A DNA stretch of 64,000 nt from Phoronis australis. Its lineage: Eukaryota > Animalia > Phoronida. The position numbers and the translations under genes were made by a program. The stretch covers positions 649,291 through 713,290 of the forward strand of contig NMRA01000080.1 of NCBI GenBank assembly GCA_002633005.1, in the 5' to 3' direction. Shown here in pieces: positions 1-12,100 of this stretch; positions within the stretch are counted from its first letter, which is position 1, and every line of letters begins with the position of its first letter. The notes under the pieces are model-generated. The model was not told the origin of the DNA and searched no databases. It saw only the letters and a program-made list of their open reading frames with translations.

Positions 1-164
1 GCGGTGATAAACACAAAAATTGTCTAAGATAGGCAGGTATCTGTGTGTTTTTACTAAAAGGCTTAACTCCAATAATTGTAGAGCTCCCCTTTAAGGCTCA
101 GAATCTGTATGATATACCTGGTGTTTTTGTTCAATCTAACCCGCATATGGTTTTCTCGTTACAG

Positions 165-3100
165 AACCACCTCCAGCAGAGGGTGCCGGCCAGGGTAAGA
201 AAATCTTTTTGCATAATATATATCAAATCGACCTTTTTTTTGAGTCACTTCACCGGTTTCGCCAAGTCAGTCGGCGAAGACACCTGATTGGTTCTCAATT
301 GCGATTTCCTTGTTACCGCCCAATCAGCTGAGTCTTACTATGTAGAACCAGCATTGTAAATCAAGTGCAGGCATTATGCATCAAACTTGCCAGAGAAATT
401 TTTGCTGTAATGAACCAAGTCAAGGAAGTGGTGTCTATATATGACTCCTTTGCTTTTGTTACACTAATGCGCAGGATTACTTCTATGAACTCGAATCCAG
501 AATCTATGTCTTACTGCTCACATAATTTGACCAAGAACTCGGGTAAATTTAATGTCACATTGACGAACAATGATCTGCTATGAAATGCTGAGTACAAGGC
601 ACGTGAGTGCTTTTTTCAAGCTCAGGTTTTTCTGACTCGAGTTCAAAGAAGGAGTCCGAAACATGACTTGTTATTGTCCTGTCAGCTTTCCCCCTGACAT
701 CATTACTTGACCCCATGACATCATTGCCTGACCCCGTGACATCGTTACGTGACCCCATGCACCACTGTGTCTGCAGGTGAAGAGTCGGAATACTCAGAAG
801 AGGACTTCGAACTAGGTTGTTATCTCGTTTTGTTTGCCTTGTTATGTTTTGTTGTGTGTGAAGTTGTTTGACTTGTTCTTTTCAGAGTTGATGGCCGTAT
901 TATTTTGTAGTAAAATGATTGCTGAAACTTGGGTTTTGTTGTGAGCGTTATCTAGAGTCTGTTTGCATCGAGTGATAATTTTCTAGTTCTTTGATTCTGT
1001 GGAATGTCTGTCGTGTTCATGCAATTGTTTAATATGTGAGTAGTTTTTAGTTGATGATGCAAATGGCTGCTGTGCTTGACTTGATGGAGTGATTTCAAAA
1101 TTAATATTTTTTCTTTTGACTGGATCAGTTAAATAACAGCATTTTTACCCTCATTTGTCCCCAACATTAGGAACAGTTGACATTTCCTAGGATTGCTCGG
1201 GAAAATTTGCTTGCCTCTGTGGAGTAAATTGTTGTTTCAGAACGCTACAAGCATCGGTTGTCAGACATAATCTTAATTTTGTTGCTTAATTTCATATAAA
1301 TGAATGTGATCGGAGGTGTTTGAAGATGTGAAGCCTCCTTAGAAGTGCATCTGAATGTCCGATGTGTTTTTTGTCAGAGAATGCATGTGTTGTGTTGTGT
1401 TGTGTTGTGTCTGTTTATTGTCATTAATCTAATGTCGGATTCAGTGTCCAACTGTGGAACTATTCCAAAACGACCATAGCGCTGCGAAAAGTAAAGCCCA
1501 GTGGACACTATTTGCATGTGGTTCAGATACACTGTCTGGTTTTGTTGAACTGCGAAATTAGGATGTGATAATGAAATATTTTTGCTTATAATATTCAACT
1601 GCGTATGAAAAGGTGTCGGTTTTAATAAGTGTTGGTTACGGCATGTTTAATGTTGCGCTTTCAAATGTTGTCGTATGTGCTGTGGTAACAGTACATATGA
1701 TTCGGTGTTTCGTTATTCCTTCTTTGTGAACTGGTTGTTGTTGAGGGACCTACTTCGACTTTAATAAGATGTCATGCGTATAGTACCTGTAACAACTTAT
1801 TTATACTATGCCTGAATGATAAAGAGCAGAACTGATCTCCATGTAGTGTGTCTGTTCAATTTACTGCTGTGACCATAAGCTAAATTCGCAAGTGAGGAAA
1901 CTCATAGCAACCTGTTATGATAATCTTTAGCCTTTCTGGTGTGTAAAGCACTGGCCGGTGGCAAAAATGTAAGTTCACAGTTTTGAGTGCTAACAAGTAT
2001 TAGTTGCTGTTTTTCCACGAAAAGTCAAAGAAGAGTTATTCAGACACAAAAGGGGATTCAACTTCAAGACAAGGTATTGTTCAAAATGTGTTAACGTCGT
2101 CTATTTAATATTTCACCTCATCACAAGGATCTGTAGCTGAATCTGACGTCTTTCTTCCTGTGGTCTCCGGCGATGAGACGTCACCACCTTCCTCTACACA
2201 CCCAGCTCGCACTCGCTCTCAGTCTCATGAGGACGTGCGCACCGAGTCTAACCCCAGAGAGCTCGTGTACGATGCGAGTCCCAATAACATCTGTTCCCAG
2301 TCGGGTATCAATCAAGGTGGTCTCTCTGTCTCTGCATGCCTCCTCATAGCCACCATGTAGCAGTGATTGGAATCAATGTTACCTTCTCGAATCAGTCTCT
2401 GATTCGACACTGTCTGGTCGCATTGACTTTATCTAGTATCAACTGACTCTTTCAACTTCAACTTTCCTTGTGAACAAAGCCACCTCTTCCAAGGTCTTAG
2501 AAATAGTATAGACAGACTGTTTAGGCACTGCATGCAGGAGAGGATAGTCGACCAAATGTTGTCTTCAAGCTTGCTGATTTCCTGTCGTGTCTGAGGTTTG
2601 TCCCATTTCATCTTTTCTAATCAATGTCCTAGTCTGTTTCCCTGTAGGCTGTCTTAAAGAGTAGTTATGTAATGTAGACGTAGTATGTGAAACTTGCTTG
2701 TTTCAATCTTAACCTAGACTATATCCATGTCTTTGGATACTGCTTAATTCCTCTTGAATGTATTCATTCAAAACTTTTGATTAATTTACTAATTGTTTCG
2801 TTTTTATAATTTACTTTTCTATGCTTAACTAAATTCAAATTTTATTGTTTTTTCTTTGCTTGATCCTAAATAATGCCTTCTGCTAAGCGCTTCACTTTTA
2901 GTTAAAGGGAGACTGCACACTTTTTCAGATGCTCAAAATTGTGCAATATTTATTATTATTTCAAATGAAGATAGCATGTTAGTGGAATATTGAGACGGTT
3001 TACCAAGCTGAAAAGAACACCTACACGTGTATGAGCTTCATCTTGTATTATGTAGCACATTCATGGAAATGCTAACTCGTCGTATTTTAGAATTTGAATG

Positions 3101-6100
3101 TTCCCCGGAATCGCAAGATCAAAACAAACCGAGATTCACCATAATTTTAAAAGCACAGTTGTCTGTCCCTGGTTAATAGCCACACCAGGTGTGAACCTGG
3201 GATGAGCTGAAGTCGTGCAGTCTCACTTTAAAGAAACCTAAAACTTCCCTGTCCGTTGGTGCTCTCATTCCAATAATCATTTCTTCAGGTGATCTCTACC
3301 CATCTTCTGTGACTAAAACCAAGTATGATGGCACTGTGCCAGATGGTGAAGAAATGACTACAAAGTCTCGTTGTGATTTGAACCAGGCTAGGAACATCAG
3401 CTCATCATCTCCTGAGAATGTAACGTTAGGTCCTCAACTTCTTGGCGATGACGAGGGTGACAATCCTGGTGAAATAGAATTTGAAGGAATCAGGGAGCTT
3501 GCTCCAGAACAAGAAGATGACGGGAAGATTGAAGACCCCTTAAAACAAGGTGACGTAGCAACTCCTGATGCTGTTATAGAGCATCCTACTAGAGTCAAGT
3601 CAACAACACCGGTTGTCTCTGCAAAACATCAGGATCAACAGGATGGTGTGAAGTCAACAACACCTGATGTTATGACTGAGAACCGAGGATTAGAGAAATT
3701 GTCTTCACCTGTTTTTCAGGATCAGCGAGATGAAGCCAAACCCACAACACCAGTTGCTTGTGTTGCTCATCGGCATCAAGAGAAGTTAGCAACATCCTCT
3801 TCAACTATGGGAGAACAAGAAAGTGAGAGAATGTCAAATTCTGGAGATTTAACTCCAGATGGAGATGGAAAGAAGTCCGCGACATCCACAGCTCCTATTG
3901 TTTCTTCAGAGATGCAATTTGGAGAGAAGGTAACCTCTCGTGCAGGTTCTGTGGAAGAAGAACCTAGTAGTAAGTCAACACCAGATGGCCCGAGTGAGCA
4001 ACAATGCAGGGCAAAGTCTGCATCTCCTCACGGTTATTCAGAGCAACAAGATGGAAGGGTGTCAAGAGCTGTCATAGAGGAGGTGCAACTGCCAACATTT
4101 GAAGTGCACGTGGACCAACATGGAGAAGAACAAAAGCTGCCTGCCATTGATGTTACTTTGTTGCAACAATGTGAAGAACAGCCAGCACCTGTTGTTGGCG
4201 TAGAACAATGGGATGGAATTAGGTGTACAACACCCCAAGTTCTTGTAGAGCAACAAGGAGTAACGGAGAATGGGGCAACATCTGATGGCACTCCTTCTGG
4301 TCACTACACTGAGAACCAATCTGCAGCAGAACATGCTGGTGAACTCGATGGCGATAAGTTGATAATACCAGAAGACTCGGTCCGTTTCAAAGAAGAAGGA
4401 AAGCCCGTGTCGCCTGAACTTATGGGTACTCAGGATACATGTGATGAAACCAACGTAGAGGAAACACCAGCTGGCGAGTCTGCATATCACGGTCAGCAGT
4501 TTGAACAGCACCCCTCTCCCTGTGTCCCTGAGCTGAGAACGCCAGCTCCTGTTGATCCCAACTCAGATGCGTGTTACGCAACTCCCGTTCCTTACATAGG
4601 TACTCCGTCACCACTTGAAAACAGCGGAACACCATCCCCTCTACCACTAGACCCACGTACACCCACTTTATCTCCTGCATCATGCCTCAGTCCCTCAGCC
4701 CCATGTGGTGACTTGAAGCCTGGATACCAATCACGCCAAAACACCCTGACTCCGTTACCCTATTTAGGTACTCCGTCCCCCTTTGCCAGTGTCAAAACTC
4801 CATCCCCGATAGGGTCTGAACGAAGTTATGAGTCTCGGCCTTCTTCTGCTGCTTTGAGTGAAGGCAATCATTTTGATTATGGGAGGACACCTTCCCCAAG
4901 TTCTGACAGACCGGTTTCTCAAAGCCTTGAGCAATTGAAATCCGAAACTAATCCATCCGACAGTGAAAGACAAGAAAAAGTGTCACCTGACAATATTGAG
5001 TTCAATACTGCAAGTAGACAAGGTAATGGTGTCAGACGTCTTGCATTGCACTGCATGTCATATTATGGCTGTCATGATCTTTTAAAACATTGAACTGATT
5101 TAGCTACAATCTCCAAGTCACAAATTCAATAATGCATAATAAAATTGTTATTCGGATTTTTGGGTGATTTCCATATTTCTCATCTCGTAGTCTTTGTCTT
5201 CTGAAAAGTCTTGATATGTTTTATTATCAATGGGTCAGTACTACGAATGACTAGAAATTTACCTCTTGGTGCAAGCAGTTATAGCATTTTTGTATAGAAC
5301 AAACGCATGTGATAGAGTGGATGTTTGAGTGAATGTTGGTGAATTAATGAGTGATTTTATGCTAAATCTGGTGCGTAATATAGATTTAGTGTGTGTGAAC
5401 AACATTGGTTGTGATTTGTAAATCTGATTAACAAAACTCTTACCATGTTTTGGTCACCTCCATGTTTTCAGTTGTATAGCTTCTGAAAATTGAGTCATAT
5501 TGCAGATGAACTGAGTGATGGTCAGATGCTCGGCAAACTTCCGGAGGAAGTTGCTGAGCCAGAAACGCAGATTACTCAGATCGAACCAGCACCAACCGAT
5601 GACAGCTCTTCAACTGCTGAGACAAAGGTAGAATCTGAGCGCCCACCAACATCAACATCTGATGATACTGAGGGTGGCGGGGATAAAGAGAAACAAAGTG
5701 GCATTATGTTCATGCCCGCTCAAAGAGCTGATGACGAGAAGTTTGATGAGCAGGAGGATGTAGGGTTGCCAGCTGAGAAGGCAGGCTCCGTGGTTGAAGA
5801 AGAAGAGTTGAAGAAAGCAGAGGAAATAATAGAGGAAGGGGAGATGCCAATTAGGGAAGCAGAGACACCAATGAAAAAGGTAGAGATACCTGTAGATGAA
5901 GTGGAACCAGCTGGAAAAGCAGGTGGATCACTGGAAGAACTGAAGCAGCCAATGGAAGAATTGAGTCAACCAATAGAAGAGGCAGGGCAATCAAAGGAAG
6001 AACTAGGTGAACCAATAGAAGACCTAGCAGAACCAATAGAAGAACCAGCAGAACCAATAGAAGAACCAGCAGAACCAATAGAAGAACCAGCAGAACCAAT

Positions 6101-9100
6101 AGAAGAACCAGCAGAATCATTAGAAGAACTAGCGGAACCAATAGAAGAATCAGCGGAAACAATAGAAGAACCAGGAGATCCACAGGAGGAAGGAGAGGAA
6201 GAGGCTATCCAGATGACAAGCCCCACTGATGCTGATGAAGTTCTTCCAGGTTTCTCTCCTGTTGAATTGTGTTGCATGACTGTTGTCTTTCTGTTCTGTT
6301 GCGCATTTAAACATCAATGGTTTTTGAGAAATGTGACTGTCTTCCCCATTTCAGCTAATAAGCATTCTTGTAACAGCATTCGAGGCTATGTTGAGGTAGC
6401 ACATTTCTCAAAATGTCTGGTCTGGTCTAGTCACATAGCAATAATTGTTTTGTTTTCTCACAGGAGTTAAAGCTGCACGCCGCTTCTGCTACTAAACTGT
6501 AGTGTAGTTCATGTTATGTTTTCCGTGTAGTTGTGTTAATTAAATGTTGCAACTGCATTTTATCAGGCAGCTATAATTGTGCAATAGAGCCCATATAGAC
6601 TCCAAGGTAATGCAGCTTGCTCTGCATATAGACCCAGTCTCATTTGCAGGACAGGGTGGTCTTTGTCCTAAATTTATGTCTCGCGTTTTGCCATTGCTTT
6701 CAGGTGGTGTAGGCTGCTGGCCCAAAAGATTTGATGACACCCATGCGCATGAGATTGGACTGTTTATTAAGTAGCAACAATGGATAAAAGTCCTTGAGGT
6801 TTACGTTGTGACAAAATCGTGCTTAGTCTTGCTAAAACACGACAGAGCCGAGATTTTGGTAGGAAGTATGCACCTGAGGGACGGGTTGAATTAGTGGCCC
6901 AAGTGAAAATGAAAAAAAAACAAATAAGGGTCGCAGTGATCAATCTCTTGGAGCCAGAACCCTCTGTAATGTTCTGGCATTGCTGCAATGGTTTAAGGAA
7001 TGACCACGAAAATGAACTCACCGTCTCACAAGAAGTTTGCATGTCTGAATCATCAGTTTTTGATGATATTACTCACATATCTCTGGTTCTTTCCTTACAA
7101 AATAGAAATTTTTACTGAAGCAGGCTGACAAAGCAGGATAACCAACATTTTATGAGAACATTGGTCACAGATTTGAAAACGATCCTGGCTTGTTGGATTT
7201 GAAAGAGAAGGGTCTACGACACCAATTTCAGAGAGGGGAGTTCTTTCTAAAAGAGGATGACAACTGTGTCCTCTGGGTATTTTGCTACACATTCAGTCAC
7301 CAATTTGGCCATTTATCAGGTGTTCATGCCTAAATCTCCCCTGCACCGTCTTTGCGCCAAAACACACGGACTTCGCAGAAAAGTAGACTTCAACAATTTT
7401 CGTCCACTGCTGTGTATTGTACTGTCCAAGTTTGTTTGTACTTTTGTCGAAAGCATCTCCAAGGCCTCCTGCCTGCACTGCCACCTTAAAAGTATGAAAA
7501 ATTGGTTATCTCACTTAGATAGTCACTGGTTAAGTGTTGGTGAACACGTCGTAGTTTAGACTGTTCTTGCACTGTATGGATTAATTTCGCCACATATAGG
7601 GATGAAGTAAGAGATCGCTGCATTCAAATTGAAATAAATCCTGTTTGTGACGTGAAATTTACTCCCGAGATTCATCAACTAACTCCATTCGTTCCCCAGT
7701 TTAATTATGAGAAACTAGCAATGTTTCCTCATGCTCTTAAAACGCCTCTGGAATGGTCTCTATTTGAGATGTTTAACAATGGTTTGTGGCTTGAAATGAA
7801 TTTCTTTCCAGTGATTTTTGAGTCTAAAGTAATTACATTAGGACAATTACTTGCTTTTGTTTCTGTTCTCTGTCACTAACAACAAACTATAATTAATTTT
7901 CAGTTTTGGAATTGATCAAACCGCTAATTAAATTCTACTAGTACCTGTACTTCATTTTTCTGATATTTCTTATTTCCCCACCTCACCGTTGATGTTATTC
8001 AGGCCTACCACAGACTTTTATAAATGGGGATAATATATGTACATCTTGCAAATGAACAGGAGAACACCGCACTACATTTCAGATTCAGGTTCTGAACTGA
8101 AACTTGAGGAAAGCGGCTTCGTGCAGAATGACGCCAACGGGCTCGTTACTGAAAGTGCCGGTGATGTGGAAGAAACCATTCAAGGTGTCTCTTTAATGCC
8201 CCGTTTTATCGTGCCTCAGCTTTCAACCATTGATGGTAGTCTTTAGTTAGCTTTTAGTGTTGCGTTACTACAGCTAGGAGCCAGAATGTATGACACCGTA
8301 GGAAATGAAGCTTTGAATCACTTCCGTGCAATGTCTCCATTTTGTTATTGTTGTTACGCATTCCTGCTCCGTGGCTTGCTGCTAGTTTTTGTTGTGTTCC
8401 GAACTGATAACCTTATTCTTTGTTCAGGCAGTTATAATCTCACTCTCTATCCAAGAATTGAACTTTTGATTTATTTTGCTACCACTACACAAATTGGTCT
8501 CGGCTTGTTCATTAAATACTTGGATGAGAAGTGATTTATGGGTTTTCAAAGCACTCGGCAGTTTGTTATTCGTGAAGGCCATGCTCAGCACTTAAAATTT
8601 TTCGTGCTGATGAGCCAAGTTGGGGAGCCTGGTCTCAACCAATAACGAATTGTCAGTAAGGCAACTTTTTCAAATGAGACTTTTTTATTCAGTCTCATAG
8701 TTGACGGAATGGTTCCGCACTTTTTATATCCACTTTAAGCTGTAAAAAATGATATAAAATCAATCTATACCTTGCCCTATGCAAGTTTACAGTATTCTTA
8801 TTTCCTCAGTTAGTATTTTCTTAAATTTTTGAAACCCTGAAATCATCTCCAGTAGAAGGAGGAAATTGAGACCAACAGTAAGTAATCTAAATTGGGTTAA
8901 TTTTTGTCACTGAACGTGGGATAATTGTCTCCATAGTTGATAACATTTTCACATTATTGCATGTTGTTGATTCAGGTTCAAAGGTTACGTACAACCTGAT
9001 CAACATGTCTGCATTTGGCCAGATATCTACAAAACTGCATTTAACCCGGTAGAAGTCTGCATTTTTGTATAGAAATTGAGGAATTTTTTTAATTTTGGAT

Positions 9101-12100
9101 TTGATACCAATATGACATTGAGAGATTCAAATGCCAATTCTTTTTTAAAACATGCTGAAAAGGAAGTGTACTTCCATAGCAACACAGTATCATCAATAAT
9201 ATGACTAGATTTCTTTTTATGTAAATATTTTAAGGTGGAATCTCAAAAGTACTATCAGTTTTCTAAACTGCCATTTCAAATTTGTTTTATTCATCATTAC
9301 ATTTTTTCAAATCCCAATATTTGATGTCAGCGTGTACTTAAACTAAATATTTTAGAAACAATTCCTATCTGGAATCGGAGGAGAGTGTAAAAAGCGTAGG
9401 ATCTGAAAGGTTCATGGGAATCCGACGTGAAGTTTCAAAGTTAGTCAAGATTTATCATTTTTCCTGAGTTACACACTACCTCAATCTATCGTTTGCACCC
9501 GCTGATGTCTAGCAATCCTGAAGTACATGTTTTGTCCAAAAGAGGTAGAAATTGGAGTCAACCTGTGCATCATAAAAGTTAGAAAACATGTCTGGAATGA
9601 TCTTGGGATGGTAAATAACTATTAACAAGTACATACCAAAGAATGGCTTAGTTAAAATGGTCCATTTTCAGACTCAAAAATATTTTAATTTTGTCAGTGG
9701 TTAATGCCGAAACTCGTCCATATAATTGATTTTTTAAAATCGAAATGTTGGTGCTGATTAATGGTTGTTCTCACTTTTGTTTTTAGAAGTAATTTTGGCT
9801 CATGACTTCAAAACTTTACCCAAGCTTTGGCTTGAAAATTGACGACTGAAATGCCGCTCCTTGACTTATTTTTCCACTAATGATCGAGACTAGTTTTGTG
9901 GGCTCTGGTCCATAAGATTGATAATCTGTTTACTGTTAGGCATGTATTCGTCCTTCACACCGAGCATTGTATGAGAACCGGACTTGCAGTGTCAAAAGAT
10001 GGCGCTTGTATCGGCATTTCTGTTGTCTTTATGCTGTTACTGTTTTCAGCACATAGCAATGCTACTGGGATACTTTGTGTGTGCCAGTCATTTAGAACTC
10101 GATGCTAACATCTATGTCAATATGTTGCCGTTGTTGTGTTTTGATGTTGTTTTTGCACGAAAGTTGGAACAATTGATTGACTGGTTGCTGGACTGTTGTT
10201 TAGTGGAGACCTATAGTCTGTATAGTGTGAGATTGACACTCATGTGGAACTGAGAACCTGTTGTTGTATGCATGTGTGTATGTCCTGATTACCATTGGTG
10301 TATGGAACGTTATGTAAACACATATCTTTCAGGTTGCAATTCAAGACTTGGTTTTGTTTTGTCAGGTTTACCATCAAATATGTCAGTTATACCCTGGCTA
10401 CGTCGTAATGCAACAGTGTGCTGTGAAGGCAAACACTATAGAAAAATTTCCCTTCATGCTTTCTATTTTTTATTTTTCGAGGAAACTTGCATAAATCCTC
10501 AGATATTATCCACTGAATACTTTAATACTTTTTCAATAAATATAATGTTACCACTATTGCCTCCCAGGCCGCTTATTATTTATTTTTTCGCACGTGTGTT
10601 TTCATCAACCAGCATGTTGTCTTGCTTTTGATTTCTACCTTCTATCCATTGCCGTTGATCGGTTTACCTCAATACCATTTTGATTTCTTTCAGTGTGCAG
10701 CCCGACACAGGCACGTGGTGTATGTTATTGATTTGTTATAATTTCCGTCAAGTTCAATATTATTTTGCGTGGCCCTGTGGTTTTGTAGAGGTTAACCAAT
10801 CCGCTCAGAGCATGGATACTTCCGACTACACAATGACAACGACAACAGAGGGCGAAACAGCAGAGGCAAAAGATGGAGAGAAACCACCAGAGGCCGCTGC
10901 TGAGACAGAGGGCGCTGGTGAGGCAGAGGGCACTGACCAACAACAGGCTCCCACAGAAGGTGATGAACAGGCAGCACCCACTGGTGAAACGGAGGCTGAG
11001 AAACAAGAAGAGACTGGTCAGACTGAGGCTGGCGAAACAGAGGCTACTGATCAGCCAGAGCCTGCGGAAGGCTAGTTTATTATTTTGTTCACTTTATGTT
11101 TTTCACCGTATCAGTTTTAAGTCTTAAGTAGCTTAGCACTTTAAGTTGGACGTCATTGGTTGAAATTTTCTCATTAGTTATTTTTTTGATTTATATACTC
11201 CATATTTTCCACTTTTCAGTTATTATTTTGATAAAACCAAAACTGGGTAACAATTGGTACATACAACATATTACCTTCAGGGAAGATGTTTCTTGTGGCA
11301 CCTTAGATGTCTTTAATCGCTTTTTCTCGTCACAAAACTGCTGAAACATAGTGCAAATCACTCGGATATCTTGTCATGAGTGATTAGACCTTTAGCAAAT
11401 TGGCAGCAAGGTGGCGGTCATGTAGTATCCTGCTTCCGTTGATGTCATCGTGTCCCAATAGACACTCAATTGACAATTTTTTCCTGGGTCTATTGCTAAG
11501 TCAAGTCTAAGCTTTGATACATGTCGAGAGTAATCTAAGTGTTGAATTTTATAATTATGAAATCTAAATAAAAGAAGCGTTCTCAATAATAAATGTATCA
11601 TTAGTGCTTAAACTGAGGCTATATGTAAACTGAAATTTTATGGAACATAGTTCCAAGCAACCATCCACTGGACTAAGACTTTGAGCAATATTTTCCATTG
11701 CGAACACTTGAAGCGGATAGCAAAACAAGTTGGTGTTGTGACAAAACGGCTGACTATTATGACCTGAAATTGTGGACAGTATGAAAGGACAAAATTTTGA
11801 ACTGGGACTTTTCAGGGTATTTGTAACTCTGGTAGTTAATATGTTAAAGCAACTATAAGCCCGCATTCCATTCTTGAAACGATTTTTATCTAGTCCACTA
11901 ACTGCTCTAAAATTGGTCTCAGCTTGTATAAGAGGTGTTTTCGTTATTCGCGAAGAGCCTGGTCTTGCATGCAGCTTTCAAAGCACTGAAATTACCTCTA
12001 GTTTGACGAAGGAATTGTTGGAGAATAATTAAATTATGGCGAGTGATCTGAGTGAAGAGTTTTTTGTTGTGATGAAAGACTGGTTTATAGACACTTTAAT

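Noticed and set aside
5851-6277. Minus-strand Leu/Val-rich and Ser/Gly-rich ORFs resembling membrane or repeat proteins
   Set aside because: Antisense shadows of the EPIEEPA coding repeat.
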